From Synechococcus sp. (GTDB lineage: Bacteria; Cyanobacteriota; Cyanobacteriia; PCC-6307; Cyanobiaceae): a stretch of DNA of 64,000 nucleotides. A model generated the notes under the pieces. It was not told where the DNA came from. It was given only the letters and a program-made list of their open reading frames with translations, and did no database searches. The DNA lies in assembly GCA_047285535.1 (NCBI GenBank), contig JBJBDC010000001.1, positions 1,376,136 through 1,440,135 of the forward strand, read 5' to 3'. Made by a program: the position numbers and the translations under genes. This document shows positions 34,151-44,645 of the stretch, in pieces; position 1 is the first letter of the stretch, and the number at the start of each line of letters is the position of its first letter.

Positions 34151-34339
34151 TTAGGGCCTAAAACCAGCAGGTTCAATCAAGCGGACTTGATTGCCTCGGG
34201 CGGTGAATTCACGACCTTGATCGCTTTGGACGACGACTCGTCCCCCAGACTTGACGCGAATGACCCGTGCACGAACCCAGCCGAGAGCGGCTGATTCGAG
34301 CACTTTGACCACATCACCAGGTTGAAGATCCAACTCCAT
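34151..34339 (-). CDS. hcp: Prochlorococcus/Synechococcus hyperconserved protein (PSHCP)
   Basis: 62-aa MELDLQPGDVVKVLESAALGWVRARV...PAGFRP in the known rplS-tRNA-Trp context. Confidence 0.93.
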   Translation of the reverse strand: MELDLQPGDVVKVLESAALGWVRARVIRVKSGGRVVVQSDQGREFTARGNQVRLIEPAGFRP

Positions 34340-34377
34340 GCTCGAAATCAGGAAAACTGCAAATAGGGTTCATCGGA

Positions 34378-34450
34378 CGCGCCGTGGAGGACTTGAACCC
34401 CCGACATCAGGTTTTGGAGACCTGCGTTCTACCAACTGAACTAACGGCGC
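34378..34450 (-). tRNA. tRNA-Trp(CCA)
   Basis: GCGCCGTTAGTTCAGTTGGTAGAACGCAGGTCTCCAAAACCTGATGTCGGGGGTTCAAGTCCTCCACGGCGCG. Confidence 0.97.
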
Positions 34451-34509
34451 AAGGCGATGAACCCCCCACCATCGAAAATCGATGGCATTAATTCGTTGAA
34501 GCAATGGCC

Positions 34510-34968
34510 TCAGCGATCGAAGCGCTGCTTCACTCGAGTGGCCTTGCCCACTCGGTCCCGCAGATAAAAAAGCTTCGCACGCCTTACTTTACCGCGACGC
34601 TCAACTTTGACGGAAGCCACTTGTGGGCTATGGAGCATAAAAACTCTCTCAACACCAATCCCCTGGAAAATACGTCTCACCGTAATTGTTTGGTTCAGGC
34701 CTCCGTGGCGCTTAGCAATCACCACCCCCTCATAGGGCTGAACACGTTCCTTATTTCCCTCGCTAATGCGAACACCGACGCGCACAGTGTCACCCACATA
34801 AATCTCTGGAAGATCATTTTTCAACTGTGCATCCTCGAATTCTCGAAGTAACTCCGATGCGCTCAACTTGGATGCAGTCTTTGTGCTTGATTTCTCAGCA
34901 ACAGCCGTTGAACCGCTTTTTGCCTCACTGACTTCGTCTGCAGATGTCTCTATCGGGTCTGCGGCCAT
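34510..34968 (-). CDS. rplS: 50S ribosomal protein L19 with N-terminal extension
   Basis: [20 protein letters not shown] and [10 protein letters not shown] motifs. Confidence 0.97.
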   Translation of the reverse strand: MAADPIETSADEVSEAKSGSTAVAEKSSTKTASKLSASELLREFEDAQLKNDLPEIYVGDTVRVGVRISEGNKERVQPYEGVVIAKRHGGLNQTITVRRIFQGIGVERVFMLHSPQVASVKVERRGKVRRAKLFYLRDRVGKATRVKQRFDR

Positions 34969-35000
34969 CCCAGCTCCTAGTAACACGCCAAAAAGCTACC

Positions 35001-35312
35001 TTAACCCCCAGCGTGCTTTCTCGAGGCAATCCACTGTCTTCGAATGCTTTGAAAGAGAAGCCACCCTCCAGTCCCAAGCATCCACAAGAGACCCAGTGCA
35101 TTGAGAAGAACCACCACGGGCTCTAAGTCTGGTCCCAGCCACTCTCCATCGTGAATGGTCATCAACCAGTGCACCTGCTCTCGACTCAATCCACCCCAGT
35201 CCTTCGCTAAGCGATAACTAACGCCTGAAGCAACGGTCACCAGCAATGGGAGCAAAACCAGCGGAGCCATCCAGCGGTGCCATTCACGAACGCGAACCAA
35301 CAAGCGGGTCAC
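35001..35312 (-). CDS. Small PepSY-associated TM-helix protein
   Basis: REWHRW...ASG and WLMTIHDGEW motifs, two TM helices. Confidence 0.75.
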   Translation of the reverse strand: MTRLLVRVREWHRWMAPLVLLPLLVTVASGVSYRLAKDWGGLSREQVHWLMTIHDGEWLGPDLEPVVVLLNALGLLWMLGTGGWLLFQSIRRQWIASRKHAGG

Positions 35313-35418
35313 CGTCGATCACTTCATTGCAATTGATAGCGTGACAGTAAGACTGTCGGGAAAGCGACCGCTGAGGCGGACTGCTTTAACGGCCTGACAA
35401 AAGTAACGCCGAAACCTG

Positions 35419-36258
35419 ATGAATTTGTTTGCTGACCTCTTGGCCTCCACAAAGTCTTCAACTGTCACTGCTACCGGTCCTCGTATTCAACAACGCCGGG
35501 GGGTGGAAATCAAATCAGCCCGTGAGCTGAAAATCATGGAGAAAGCCAGCTCCATCGTCGCCACTGTTTTGCGCGAAATCATGGAATTGGTAGAGCCAGG
35601 TCAAACCACCGGCGACCTCGATGCACATGCTGAGCGCCGTATTCGAGAAATGGGCGCAACCCCTAGCTTCTTGGGATATCACGGGTTTCCAGCCAGTATT
35701 TGCGCCAGCATTAACAATGAAGTTGTTCATGGCATCCCCAGCAAAAAACGGGTCATTCATGCTGGGGATCTGGTCAAAGTTGATACTGGGGCTTACTTCG
35801 ATGGATATCACGGAGACAGTTGCGTCACGATCTGTGTGGGTGAAGTTTCCGATGAAGCACAAAAGCTGAGTCGTGTCGCACAGGAATCACTCATGGCTGG
35901 CCTGGCACAGATTCGTGCAGGGAACACGCTTCTTGACATAGCGGGGGCTGTCGAAGATCACGTGCGCGCCAATCATTTCAGCGTAGTGGAGGACTACACC
36001 GGCCATGGCGTCGGTCGCAATCTGCACGAAGAGCCTTCCGTTTTCAACTTCCGGACTGACGCCCTACCTAATGTCAAGTTGCGCCCAGGCATGACCCTGG
36101 CCGTTGAGCCCATTCTCAACGCCGGCAGCAATGCTTGTCGCACGCTTAAAGATCGCTGGACCGTCGTCACCAAGGACGGCAGTCTTTCCGCTCAATGGGA
36201 ACACACCATCGTGGTCACGTCTGATGGTTGCGAGATTCTCACCGATCGTGGAAATTGA
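35419..36258 (+). CDS. map: Methionine aminopeptidase type I
   Basis: VVHGIP, GHGVG..LHEEP and AQWEHT motifs. Confidence 0.97.
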   Translation: MNLFADLLASTKSSTVTATGPRIQQRRGVEIKSARELKIMEKASSIVATVLREIMELVEPGQTTGDLDAHAERRIREMGATPSFLGYHGFPASICASINNEVVHGIPSKKRVIHAGDLVKVDTGAYFDGYHGDSCVTICVGEVSDEAQKLSRVAQESLMAGLAQIRAGNTLLDIAGAVEDHVRANHFSVVEDYTGHGVGRNLHEEPSVFNFRTDALPNVKLRPGMTLAVEPILNAGSNACRTLKDRWTVVTKDGSLSAQWEHTIVVTSDGCEILTDRGN

Positions 36259-37054
36259 TTTTCAGCGCCCTGCAATAAACCATTCGAGCCAGCTCCACGA
36301 TGGGCATGACGATGTAAGTCAGTGGATTGGGGGTGATGATGATCAAGTTGATACCAAGCTTTGCTTGCCAAACCACCTGTTTGGCAACAAATTCAGACGA
36401 CAGGATTCCGATGGGGTTCAGACTTGAGCGGAATGGCCCAAGGATTAGTTTGCGCAATCGAAGCGTCCTGCGCTGAATGAGATCACGACCACTCCAGCGC
36501 AAGCTGACCAGCTGGCCTATCAGCCGTTTGCTCAATTCATAACCAGGACTCAATGCAGGCTGAATCTCTGCTTCTGAAGTGTTCACCCAAAGCTCACGCG
36601 GTAGCTCGCCTTGTTGCTCTTGATCAGCAATTTTCTCGAATTGCTGAATCAAACGCCAATAACTGAGAGCGTTCACCTCAAGAGCTTGGGAGAGCATCTC
36701 GGGGCTTTGATCACCCAAAGGGTTGATGCCATGGTTCAAAACCAGAACATCGATTCTTTGAAGAACTGGCTCCAATTCGAGTTCTTCTCCACATGACCAA
36801 CGAATCCACTCTTGTGCTTCGTGGACTGAATCTTGAGATTGAGGGCGCTGGCTATGGCTCAAAGCAATCACCCACGCGCCCTCAGAGCGAAGAGCCTTTG
36901 TCAAGGCCCGTCCCAGCTCCCCACCGCCTCCTGTAATTCCAACGTTTCGTCCGATCCATCGTCCTGTTGAGGTTTGGACGCATGAGGGAGATGCCTGATT
37001 GACCATGGCTTCAACTCTGGACATGGGGCAAACGACATGGCCTAAACCAATCAC
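36239..37054 (-). CDS. Short-chain dehydrogenase/reductase-like protein
   Basis: [12 protein letters not shown] and YELSK (YxxxK); true start probably later (ATG 37024 or 37006). Confidence 0.8.
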   Translation of the reverse strand: MIGLGHVVCPMSRVEAMVNQASPSCVQTSTGRWIGRNVGITGGGGELGRALTKALRSEGAWVIALSHSQRPQSQDSVHEAQEWIRWSCGEELELEPVLQRIDVLVLNHGINPLGDQSPEMLSQALEVNALSYWRLIQQFEKIADQEQQGELPRELWVNTSEAEIQPALSPGYELSKRLIGQLVSLRWSGRDLIQRRTLRLRKLILGPFRSSLNPIGILSSEFVAKQVVWQAKLGINLIIITPNPLTYIVMPIVELARMVYCRALKINFHDR

Positions 37055-37128
37055 CCCTTTTCCACCTCAACGATGACAGCACAACGGAGCGTGACCTCTA
37101 AATTGTTGAAGAGGCTGGTATCTCCTGC

Positions 37129-38211
37129 ATGAGCAACACACTGCTGATCGGATCCTGTGAGCCGTTCAGCGGCAAATCCGCTCTGGTTCTTGGACTCGCC
37201 CGCCATCTCCAATCAGAAGGTCGCAACATTCGCTTTGGCAAACCGCTGGCGACGAGTCTTGAGTGGACTGCCAAAGGACCTCCTCGCCACGAGCCCTTGA
37301 TTGATGATGATGTGCGTTTTGTCGGCACAACGCTCGGGCTCGATGAAACACGGTTGATTCAATCACTCCATTTGCTCTCTCCAGATACCGCAGACAACCT
37401 TTTGGTTCAGGGGCTCTTGGATGCGGATACAGAGCTCGAGATGTTGCAAAAGGATCTTCAAAACAATCAAGACAGCTTCACCCTGCTCGAAGCAGCAGGA
37501 AGTCTTCACGAGGGGCTGATGTATGGCCTCAGTCTGGTGCAGCTAGCTAAGGGCCTCAATGCTCCTGTCGTTCTGGTCCATCTCTGGCAAGACAGTCGAA
37601 GTGTGGATGCTCTGATCGCAGCTCAACAGCAACTCGGCGATCGACTCGCCGGTGTTGTACTGAATGCAGTAAATCCTGAAGAAGTCGCCGAGTTGAATCA
37701 CCATGTTGTTCCTGCGCTGCAGGCTCTCGGATTGAAGGTCTTCGGCGTCATGCCCAGGTCTCCTTTGCTGCGAAGCGTCACTGTTGGAGAGCTGGTTCGA
37801 CGCCTTGATGCCCGTGTGATTTGTTGCAATGAGCGCCTTGAACTCCTAGTTGAGACGCTGAGTATCGGAGCCATGAATGTGAATTCAGCAATGGAATTCT
37901 TCCGACGGCGGCGCAACATGGCTGTGGTAACAGGAGCCGATCGCACCGATATTCAGCTTGCCGCTCTAGAGGCATCGACGCAATGCCTCATTCTCACGGG
38001 TGCAGGAGAGCCTTTACCTCAACTCATCAACCGTGCCGATGAATTAGAGGTTCCTCTTTTGAAAGTTGAACACGACACACTGGCCACCGTCGAAGTTATT
38101 GAACAGGCATTTGGACACGTACGGCTCCACGAAACAGTGAAGGCCACATACGCCTTCCGCCTTGTCGAAGAGCACTGCCACCTGAACGCATTATTGAGCG
38201 CTGTCAGCTGA
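37129..38211 (+). CDS. Phosphotransacetylase N-terminal-like protein (BioD-like plus DRTGG domain)
   Basis: SGKS P-loop-like motif and VVTGADRTD...LILTGAG; no catalytic PTA domain. Confidence 0.85.
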   Translation: MSNTLLIGSCEPFSGKSALVLGLARHLQSEGRNIRFGKPLATSLEWTAKGPPRHEPLIDDDVRFVGTTLGLDETRLIQSLHLLSPDTADNLLVQGLLDADTELEMLQKDLQNNQDSFTLLEAAGSLHEGLMYGLSLVQLAKGLNAPVVLVHLWQDSRSVDALIAAQQQLGDRLAGVVLNAVNPEEVAELNHHVVPALQALGLKVFGVMPRSPLLRSVTVGELVRRLDARVICCNERLELLVETLSIGAMNVNSAMEFFRRRRNMAVVTGADRTDIQLAALEASTQCLILTGAGEPLPQLINRADELEVPLLKVEHDTLATVEVIEQAFGHVRLHETVKATYAFRLVEEHCHLNALLSAVS

Positions 38212-38325
38212 GCTCTTCTCCAGAATTCAACATCTGCATCTACGACTTCATGGAACAAAGATTGGCCACAGAGGCACTGGTCTTGAGCGACGCTGCTAGC
38301 GTTCAACTACGCCAGTGGGATCTAC

Positions 38326-38838
38326 TTGAGCCGCTCTCTTGATCTTCCTGCACTCGACAGGGTTGACACTCTTGCTCAAGAACTAGCCCTTCTTCAGGAC
38401 AAGGGGAAACGACGGATTGCCATCCTTGGCAGTCGCCATGTGCCAGTCGTTGCGATTCACTTAGTCGAATTGATTGCTCGCTCTTTGGCTCAAGAGGGCC
38501 ATACCTTGTTGACCTCTGGATCTCAAGGAGTCAATGCAGCTGTGATCCGTGGTGTCCTGGCAGTGGATCCCGAGCGGCTCACCGTCTTGCTACCACAAAG
38601 CCTCGATCGACAAGTCCCGGAAATTCGCGAACAACTCGATCAGGTTCTCCATCTGATCGAAAAACCTGAGCATGACGATCTGCCATTGCCAATTGCTAGC
38701 AGTCTCTGCAACCAAGAAATCATCAACCGCTGTGATCAATTGATATGTTTCGCTTTCCATGACAGCGAAACTCTCCTTGCCAGCTGCAGAAGTGCAGAAG
38801 ACATGGGGAAAGTAGTCAGTCTTCTGTTTTTCGATTGA
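38326..38838 (+). CDS. DprA/SMF-like Rossmann-fold (SLOG-type) conserved protein
   Basis: IAILGSR, TSGSQGVNAA and N..II..CDQLICF motifs. Confidence 0.7.
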   Translation: MSRSLDLPALDRVDTLAQELALLQDKGKRRIAILGSRHVPVVAIHLVELIARSLAQEGHTLLTSGSQGVNAAVIRGVLAVDPERLTVLLPQSLDRQVPEIREQLDQVLHLIEKPEHDDLPLPIASSLCNQEIINRCDQLICFAFHDSETLLASCRSAEDMGKVVSLLFFD

Positions 38839-38849
38839 TCGAAGCAGAA

Positions 38850-39290
38850 TCAATCGTGCCAGGGCAGGACTTGCAGATGATTGCCATCACGCCCCATCAC
38901 CAAGACGTGATCGCCAATGTTCAATGTGCGATCAAGAGTGAGGGAATTGGCAGCCCAACTTTGACCATGCCAACGAACCCGGCCATCTCCACCGGCTTCC
39001 ATGGGTTCAAGAACTTCTGCGATGTCTTCCCTTTCACTCCTTAAACCAATCGAATGATTTCGTCTTTTGGACCAGCGATACAGCCAAGCGGTACCAAAGA
39101 ACGAAATCGAAAGGAAGAGAGCAATCTGCAACCAATAGGGAACGGGCAGAAGTGCGCTAAGCACCGACACCACAAGTCCTCCTAGGGCCGCGAAAATAAA
39201 ACCATCAAACGTTGGCAGCGCATGCTCCACAAGGAGCAGAGCCACGGCTAGCAACAACCAGAGCAAAGGCACCCAAAAGCTAATCATCAC
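38850..39290 (-). CDS. NfeD family protein (short form)
   Basis: Three TM helices plus OB-fold motif GRVRWHGQSWAA. Confidence 0.88.
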   Translation of the reverse strand: MMISFWVPLLWLLLAVALLLVEHALPTFDGFIFAALGGLVVSVLSALLPVPYWLQIALFLSISFFGTAWLYRWSKRRNHSIGLRSEREDIAEVLEPMEAGGDGRVRWHGQSWAANSLTLDRTLNIGDHVLVMGRDGNHLQVLPWHD

Positions 39291-39349
39291 AACGAGCCCC
39301 TTGAATCACACTTGGACGACTACGGTCTGAGAAGGAAGTTTGACTTGTC

Positions 39350-40258
39350 ATGGAAGCTTTGTTCGGACTCCCAGCCTTGATGTTGCTGGCGTTTTTGGGA
39401 GCTGGCAGTGTGAAGGTCACAAGTGGAGGTCGATCCCGACTGGTTGAACGGCTCGGAAAGTTCAATCGAGAGCTTCAACCAGGTTTATCACTTGTAGTCC
39501 CAGTTGTGGAAAGAGTGGTGAGCCATGAGTCGATGAAGGAACGAGTACTCGATATCCCTCCCCAACAGTGCATCACCAGAGACAACGTTTCAATCGAAGT
39601 CGATGCGGTGGTGTATTGGCAACTGCTGGAGCATGCACGCGCTCATTACGCGGTGGACAACCTTCAGGCTGCCATGGTGAATCTCGTACTCACTCAGATT
39701 CGGGCAGAGATGGGCAAGCTCGATCTTGACCAAACCTTCACCACCCGAGGTGAAGTGAATGAACTGCTGCTGCGTGAGCTCGATGAAGCCACCGACCCCT
39801 GGGGAGTCAAAGTCACCAGGGTCGAGATGCGAGACATCAACCCTTCTCCAGGAGTGAAGCAAGCCATGGAAGCTCAGATGACAGCCGAACGCGACAAGCG
39901 TGCTGCCATTCTCCGCTCAGAGGGTGAGAAAGAATCTCAGCTCAATCAGGCGAGAGGTCGAGCTGAAGCACGCGTGCTAGATGCTCGGGCCCAAAAAGAG
40001 GCACTGGTCCTTGATGCAGAAGCCCAGTCCAAGCAGCAAGAACTTCTTGCCAAAGCAAAAGCTGAGGCTTCTTTAGAGCTGGCTCGTGCTTTGGAAAGCA
40101 ATCCCAAGGCAGCTGAAGCCATGCGTCTAATACTGGCCAAAGACTGGATGGCCATGGGCGAACACCTTGCTGAAGCGCAGGCTGGCAGCGTGCTGATGGT
40201 GGATCCCCAATCCCCAGCGTCTTTACTTGCAGCCCTAAAACAATTTCAGCAGGATTAA
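39350..40258 (+). CDS. SPFH/band 7 (stomatin-like) protein
   Basis: VERLGK, ITRDNVSI.VDAV, WGVKVTRVE and QMTAER motifs. Confidence 0.93.
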   Translation: MEALFGLPALMLLAFLGAGSVKVTSGGRSRLVERLGKFNRELQPGLSLVVPVVERVVSHESMKERVLDIPPQQCITRDNVSIEVDAVVYWQLLEHARAHYAVDNLQAAMVNLVLTQIRAEMGKLDLDQTFTTRGEVNELLLRELDEATDPWGVKVTRVEMRDINPSPGVKQAMEAQMTAERDKRAAILRSEGEKESQLNQARGRAEARVLDARAQKEALVLDAEAQSKQQELLAKAKAEASLELARALESNPKAAEAMRLILAKDWMAMGEHLAEAQAGSVLMVDPQSPASLLAALKQFQQD

Positions 40259-40285
40259 GGCCATTGAAGGGTTCGCTCAATCCCA

Positions 40286-40336
40286 AGAGGCCAGATTCAA
40301 GAAGTAGCGACGGCACTTTTGCTTTTTCTGGCCTCT
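40286..40336. terminator. Long hairpin between convergent SPFH and MAPEG genes
   Basis: Perfect 10-bp inverted repeat AGAGGCCAGA/TCTGGCCTCT enclosing an imperfect inner stem. Confidence 0.5.
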
Positions 40337-40352
40337 AATCAACAAAAGGGGG

Positions 40353-40808
40353 TCAAGGGGCATGGAGCAGTGTCTGAAGACCATCCCAATAGAGGATTCC
40401 TGTACAGAACAGTGCCGCTGCCCAGCACAAACCTCTCAGGGGGGCATTATTGCCAATGTAAGCAATGATATAAACAAAACGAAGCAGGGGTTGCATGAGA
40501 GCTGCCCCTGCTGTCAGTCCAGATAAGGGGCCTGTTTGAAGTGCAGCAATTAAAACCAATAAGGCAGCTGGGGCATGAAGACCAAAAGATTCGAAGCTGT
40601 TCTGATGGGCCCAGCTGGCCCGCTGCCCCCAAGCTGGCAAGCGTTCGAACATGGCTCGTGGAGCCTGCATATCCACCATTGTGAAATCAGCTTGGGATCG
40701 AGCCGCACCAAGAGGAACAATGCTGAAAATCACAACGGCGCCAGCCAACACAAGAGACCAGGCATACGGAGCCGCAGGAGCATCTGTGATCAACGGACTT
40801 AAATTCAT
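40353..40808 (-). CDS. MAPEG family protein
   Basis: RASWAHQNSFE and R..Y...Y motifs, four TM helices. Confidence 0.87.
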   Translation of the reverse strand: MNLSPLITDAPAAPYAWSLVLAGAVVIFSIVPLGAARSQADFTMVDMQAPRAMFERLPAWGQRASWAHQNSFESFGLHAPAALLVLIAALQTGPLSGLTAGAALMQPLLRFVYIIAYIGNNAPLRGLCWAAALFCTGILYWDGLQTLLHAP

Positions 40809-41283
40809 GAGCCATTCAAAAGTCTTTCCTTTCTAAAGTCGCTCGATCGTGATCGCGACTTCACTCTCAGATCCAATGCTTTTTTTCAAGCAGTGTCATC
40901 CAATGACTTGACACATTGCTTTAGAGAGTATGCATCAATCAATCACACTTCTTGAAATTACACAGCCATACTCATACCTGAAAAGCAGACTGCCCTATGA
41001 CGGCATATCAATCAGCTAGCACGATAATCAACCATCTTCGATTCCACTCAACGCGTTAGTCACAACAGACAGTTGCAAGTAATTCAAGAAGCTAACCCTC
41101 TGATCTCAAACACTTTTCACACAAACAAATCTGCGCCTTAAAAGGAGTCATTCACAAGTAGGCGAAACCTGGAAACCTGCTTGAATCAAGATTTTATCTC
41201 GGCTTTTAAAGGCCCCAATTACATTGATCCCAAGCCAATCAAAAACTGGCTGAACTCATCACCCTGAATACTCTAAAATATAT

Positions 41284-41604
41284 TCAGGGTACATCTAAAT
41301 CGCTGACATCGGATCCAGAACCCACCTCGTCACTGTCACTTTGTCCTGGTCGCCAACTACTGCCCCACACTTCCCTACATTTTGCATTAAGACTATCGCG
41401 ATCCAAACCCCAACCAGTAACAACTTTCTGCAGATCTGCCTTAATGTCATCGGCTCCGGGGAAATCTGCGTACCGGATTGCAAGCCTTGCTGCGGAGGTC
41501 AGCTGATCGGGGCCTGGATCACCTTGGAATCCAAGTAACGAATCCATGATCTCGCGATCTGATGCGTAAAGCGGATGGGTTTGCTGAATGTCTTCTGACA
41601 TCAA
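41284..41604 (-). CDS. DUF3288 family protein
   Basis: QTHPLYASDR and ARL.IRY.DFPGA.DI motifs. Confidence 0.82.
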   Translation of the reverse strand: MMSEDIQQTHPLYASDREIMDSLLGFQGDPGPDQLTSAARLAIRYADFPGADDIKADLQKVVTGWGLDRDSLNAKCREVWGSSWRPGQSDSDEVGSGSDVSDLDVP

Positions 41605-41825
41605 GAAAAATCAGATAACGACTCAAGGGTTCTGAGGCATTCAGAATTCCTGCATTGCACTTAAGCGCATTCAGCGAAGCATTGACTTAGAACCAACGAC
41701 TAAGCATCAAAACGTTGAGCCAACCCTCCGAGTCAAGGCTGAATCCGCACAGTCGAACGGACCAAAAGGCACGAAACACCACTGTTTGGGCGCAGCGGAA
41801 ACGAAACCAGACGTCAAAGCCGCCA

Positions 41826-41954
41826 TCAAAGCTCTGGGTATGCACTCAGAACGCGCCATCCGATCAAGATGGGAATGCTGCCCAAAACCAGAATCGAGAC
41901 TCCAACAAGACGAAATCTTTTTTCATTCTTAGGAAGTGCAAGCTGCCGATTCAT
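41826..41954 (-). CDS. Possible small membrane protein (42 aa)
   Basis: MNRQLALPKNEKRFRLVGVSILVLGSIPILIGWRVLSAYPEL*, a basic patch followed by one TM helix. Confidence 0.45.
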   Translation of the reverse strand: MNRQLALPKNEKRFRLVGVSILVLGSIPILIGWRVLSAYPEL

Positions 41955-42030
41955 GAAACAAAACAATCAAGCCTCCTCCTGACAAGGCTTGACGCTGCTC
42001 GCCACCAATTCACAGGATTAGCTGACAAAC

Positions 42031-42240
42031 ATGTCAAGAAGAAACAGCATGTCTATGTTGTTTGAAAAGAGCAATCCAATGGGCTTCGACAAAGGAGATA
42101 AGTTTATTGACGACGCAAAGCAGCGTGCCCATGACGCTATTGGCGAGACAAACCCAAAACTCACCTCTCTAGAAAAAGGATTTTTGCACGCTATGAAGCG
42201 TCGCCAAGCACGCGAAAAGCACACCAGAAAAACGACTTGA
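42031..42240 (+). CDS. Small hypothetical protein
   Basis: 69-aa charged helical ORF with several alternative ATG starts. Confidence 0.6.
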   Translation: MSRRNSMSMLFEKSNPMGFDKGDKFIDDAKQRAHDAIGETNPKLTSLEKGFLHAMKRRQAREKHTRKTT

Positions 42241-42873
42241 AGGTCTAACCCTCAGCACAATTTTTTCAAAAGATTTCTTCACAGGAAACAAAATAATTCT
42301 AGTCAATCCCTCATTCGTCACTATTGCTTTTCATCTCTAGCTTCACCATCTCCACTCCTCAAGCAAACCCGATCAGAGTTCTCATCCACAACACATGGGA
42401 ATGCCGTATTAAGGACACCAAACGAAAAGCATCGGATGCATGCATCAGAGACAATTCAATCTTAAGCCAATTCCATTACTCTAACTTTACAAGAACATCG
42501 AAAAACAGAATCACTCATATAATTTTCACTAACAAAGTAGAAGCATGATAAATCCTTCCATGCAATGCATCAGGAGACCATTTGAAGGTGGTTATCTTGT
42601 GAAACAACATCTCTGGCTCCAACAAAACAATCAAAAACTTCACATCGCTGATGCTCAGATGAGTTGATGGCTTCTTCAAAAGGAATCAATCACACCCAGG
42701 TTCTTCAATGCTGTGCAACTATTCTCATGAGACCATAATTATTAAAATCAACGATCTAGTTTCTAACACTGTCATCGCAACAAGTGTTGTAAAAAGCAAA
42801 GGCCCCATAGCCTTTAGAGCGCACTCCGAAATTGGTTAAATCCCATTAACATGGACAACCGTCTTGGAATGAG

Positions 42874-43134
42874 ATGCATCGGTACTTTGCTTTATGCTTG
42901 ATGGCTGCAGTGATGTGGGTTCAAGTACCACAGTGGTCTAACGATTGGTCAAAATGTGCTGTTGACGTCCCAGATACTTCTTGCCATTGGTACGTGGTCG
43001 CACCAGACAATACATTCGGAGAAGGGTTCAGCTGGGCCAACGCTCCTTGGTTTAGCGCCGAAGGCCTCCTCGACATTGGTGAATTGAACAACCCCATGAA
43101 CAACATTCAAACTAGGGCCCTGGAGCAGGCTTAA
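42874..43134 (+). CDS. Small Trp-rich hypothetical protein, probably exported
   Basis: Hydrophobic N-terminus; VQVPQWSNDWSKCAVDVPDTSCHWYV resembles a picocyanobacterial family. Confidence 0.75.
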   Translation: MHRYFALCLMAAVMWVQVPQWSNDWSKCAVDVPDTSCHWYVVAPDNTFGEGFSWANAPWFSAEGLLDIGELNNPMNNIQTRALEQA

Positions 43135-43845
43135 GCCATTAAGACCTGTTCAAACCATTTGAAACTTCTATCCTCAAAATTCGCCAAAAAACACAATTCG
43201 CCATCAGAAAAACAAATAAAGCTTTAACTTAAAGCACTATTTGATCAGAATACTCCGAACATCAAGCAAATCGCACAAATTCTTATCGACATCACTGCCC
43301 GAAAGACATGCAAACTATCGCTATCAAGCCAAAGTTAAATTAAGTCTTCGCAGTCAAGGATATCGCCAGTGTAAAGCTATTATTTTTTAGCCACAATGGA
43401 TCCTAGAGCAAAGAACTAGATTAAAAAGTATACCAACCGATTAGCCATAAATGTAAAGATTAGAGCCCCAAATCCAAGGCATCTAAATTTTCAGAATAGA
43501 AATTTAAACTTTATAGCAACCGCCACAAAATCAAGAAAAGCTATCGTTAGTTAAATAATGATGCTTGCCAAAGTAACGAATGCCAGTGGCAACAATTCAA
43601 CAATGTCAAGCACTCGAGCAGTACTTCAAGTACCTGGCAGATCATGCACGCAAACTAAATGATAAACAAGAAAAATCCTATTAATCGTCCCAAGCATATA
43701 ACTTCAAAAGAAATTGAAAATCTAACTTATTTGTTTTTATTCAAGTAATGTAAATCACTTGGCTGAGAAAGTGTAAAAATGACAGCTGCCGTGATTATAG
43801 CTCCAACGGCGAGCATCGCATAAATCCAAACCGTGTAATCAGTCA

Positions 43846-44046
43846 TTAGCGAATACCCAGAATTCCAAAAGTGATTTGACTAACAATGCCATGGCCTGTC
43901 AAGGCCTCAGTGAGCAAACCGATCACGAAACCGATCATCGCAACGCGGCCGTTTAGAAGCTCTGCCGCGGAAAGACGCTCAGATTTTATCTGCTCAGACG
44001 CTGTATTTTGAAACCAATCGTCCTGAGAGCTAGCCGAAGAATTCAT
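43846..44046 (-). CDS. hli: High-light-inducible protein (HLIP)
   Basis: AELLNGRVAMIGF...E.LTG motif. Confidence 0.92.
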   Translation of the reverse strand: MNSSASSQDDWFQNTASEQIKSERLSAAELLNGRVAMIGFVIGLLTEALTGHGIVSQITFGILGIR

Positions 44047-44177
44047 CACAAGAGCACCGCTTCACAAATTTTACCTCTTTTGCAACGTTTTGTGAAGCGG
44101 TGTTTTGTCTGGTACTTGCTCCTTGGATTGAGCGCTGCTTGAAGCACCAAACGATCCTCCCGACTCCCACCCTCGGC

Positions 44178-44645
44178 ATGCGAAGACTCGCCATTCGACC
44201 GATCCAACCCAATGACTCGTCCATCTTGCGAGAGATTTACGTCGATTCCATTCACACGCAAGCAGCTTTGGCCTATAGCCCTGAACAGGTGAGAGCCTGG
44301 GCCAATCTCGCCTGGCTGCCAGGGGTTTTGGATCGCGCCTTTGAAGAGGGCAAAGGTTGGATCAGCGGCACAGACGATGGATTCGCCATTCGACATCCTG
44401 AAAATCGACTGTCTTTGCTCTACTGCAGAGGTCGAGCCTCTCGGCAGGGACATGGCTCAGCTCTCCTGAAAGCCATTGAGGTCGATGCTCAAGCCATGGG
44501 AATCAAACAAATCCATACCGAGGCCAGCCTCTTAAGTCGGCCCATGCTGGAGCAAAGGGGGTGGACTGTCATCGCTCCTGAATCATTCACCATCGGGGGA
44601 GTGGCTTTCGTTCACTACAGGATGGAGAAAGGACTTGTTTCATAG
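44178..44645 (+). CDS. GNAT family N-acetyltransferase
   Basis: AYSPEQVRAW, RQGHGSALL (AcCoA motif A) and TEAS; start at ATG 44178. Confidence 0.87.
   Translation: MRRLAIRPIQPNDSSILREIYVDSIHTQAALAYSPEQVRAWANLAWLPGVLDRAFEEGKGWISGTDDGFAIRHPENRLSLLYCRGRASRQGHGSALLKAIEVDAQAMGIKQIHTEASLLSRPMLEQRGWTVIAPESFTIGGVAFVHYRMEKGLVS

Noticed and set aside
42324..42548. 74-aa ORF, and similarly 41715..42065, 45088..45330 and 45129..45536
   Set aside because: No recognisable motif, weak starts or overlap with better ORFs; cannot be supported.
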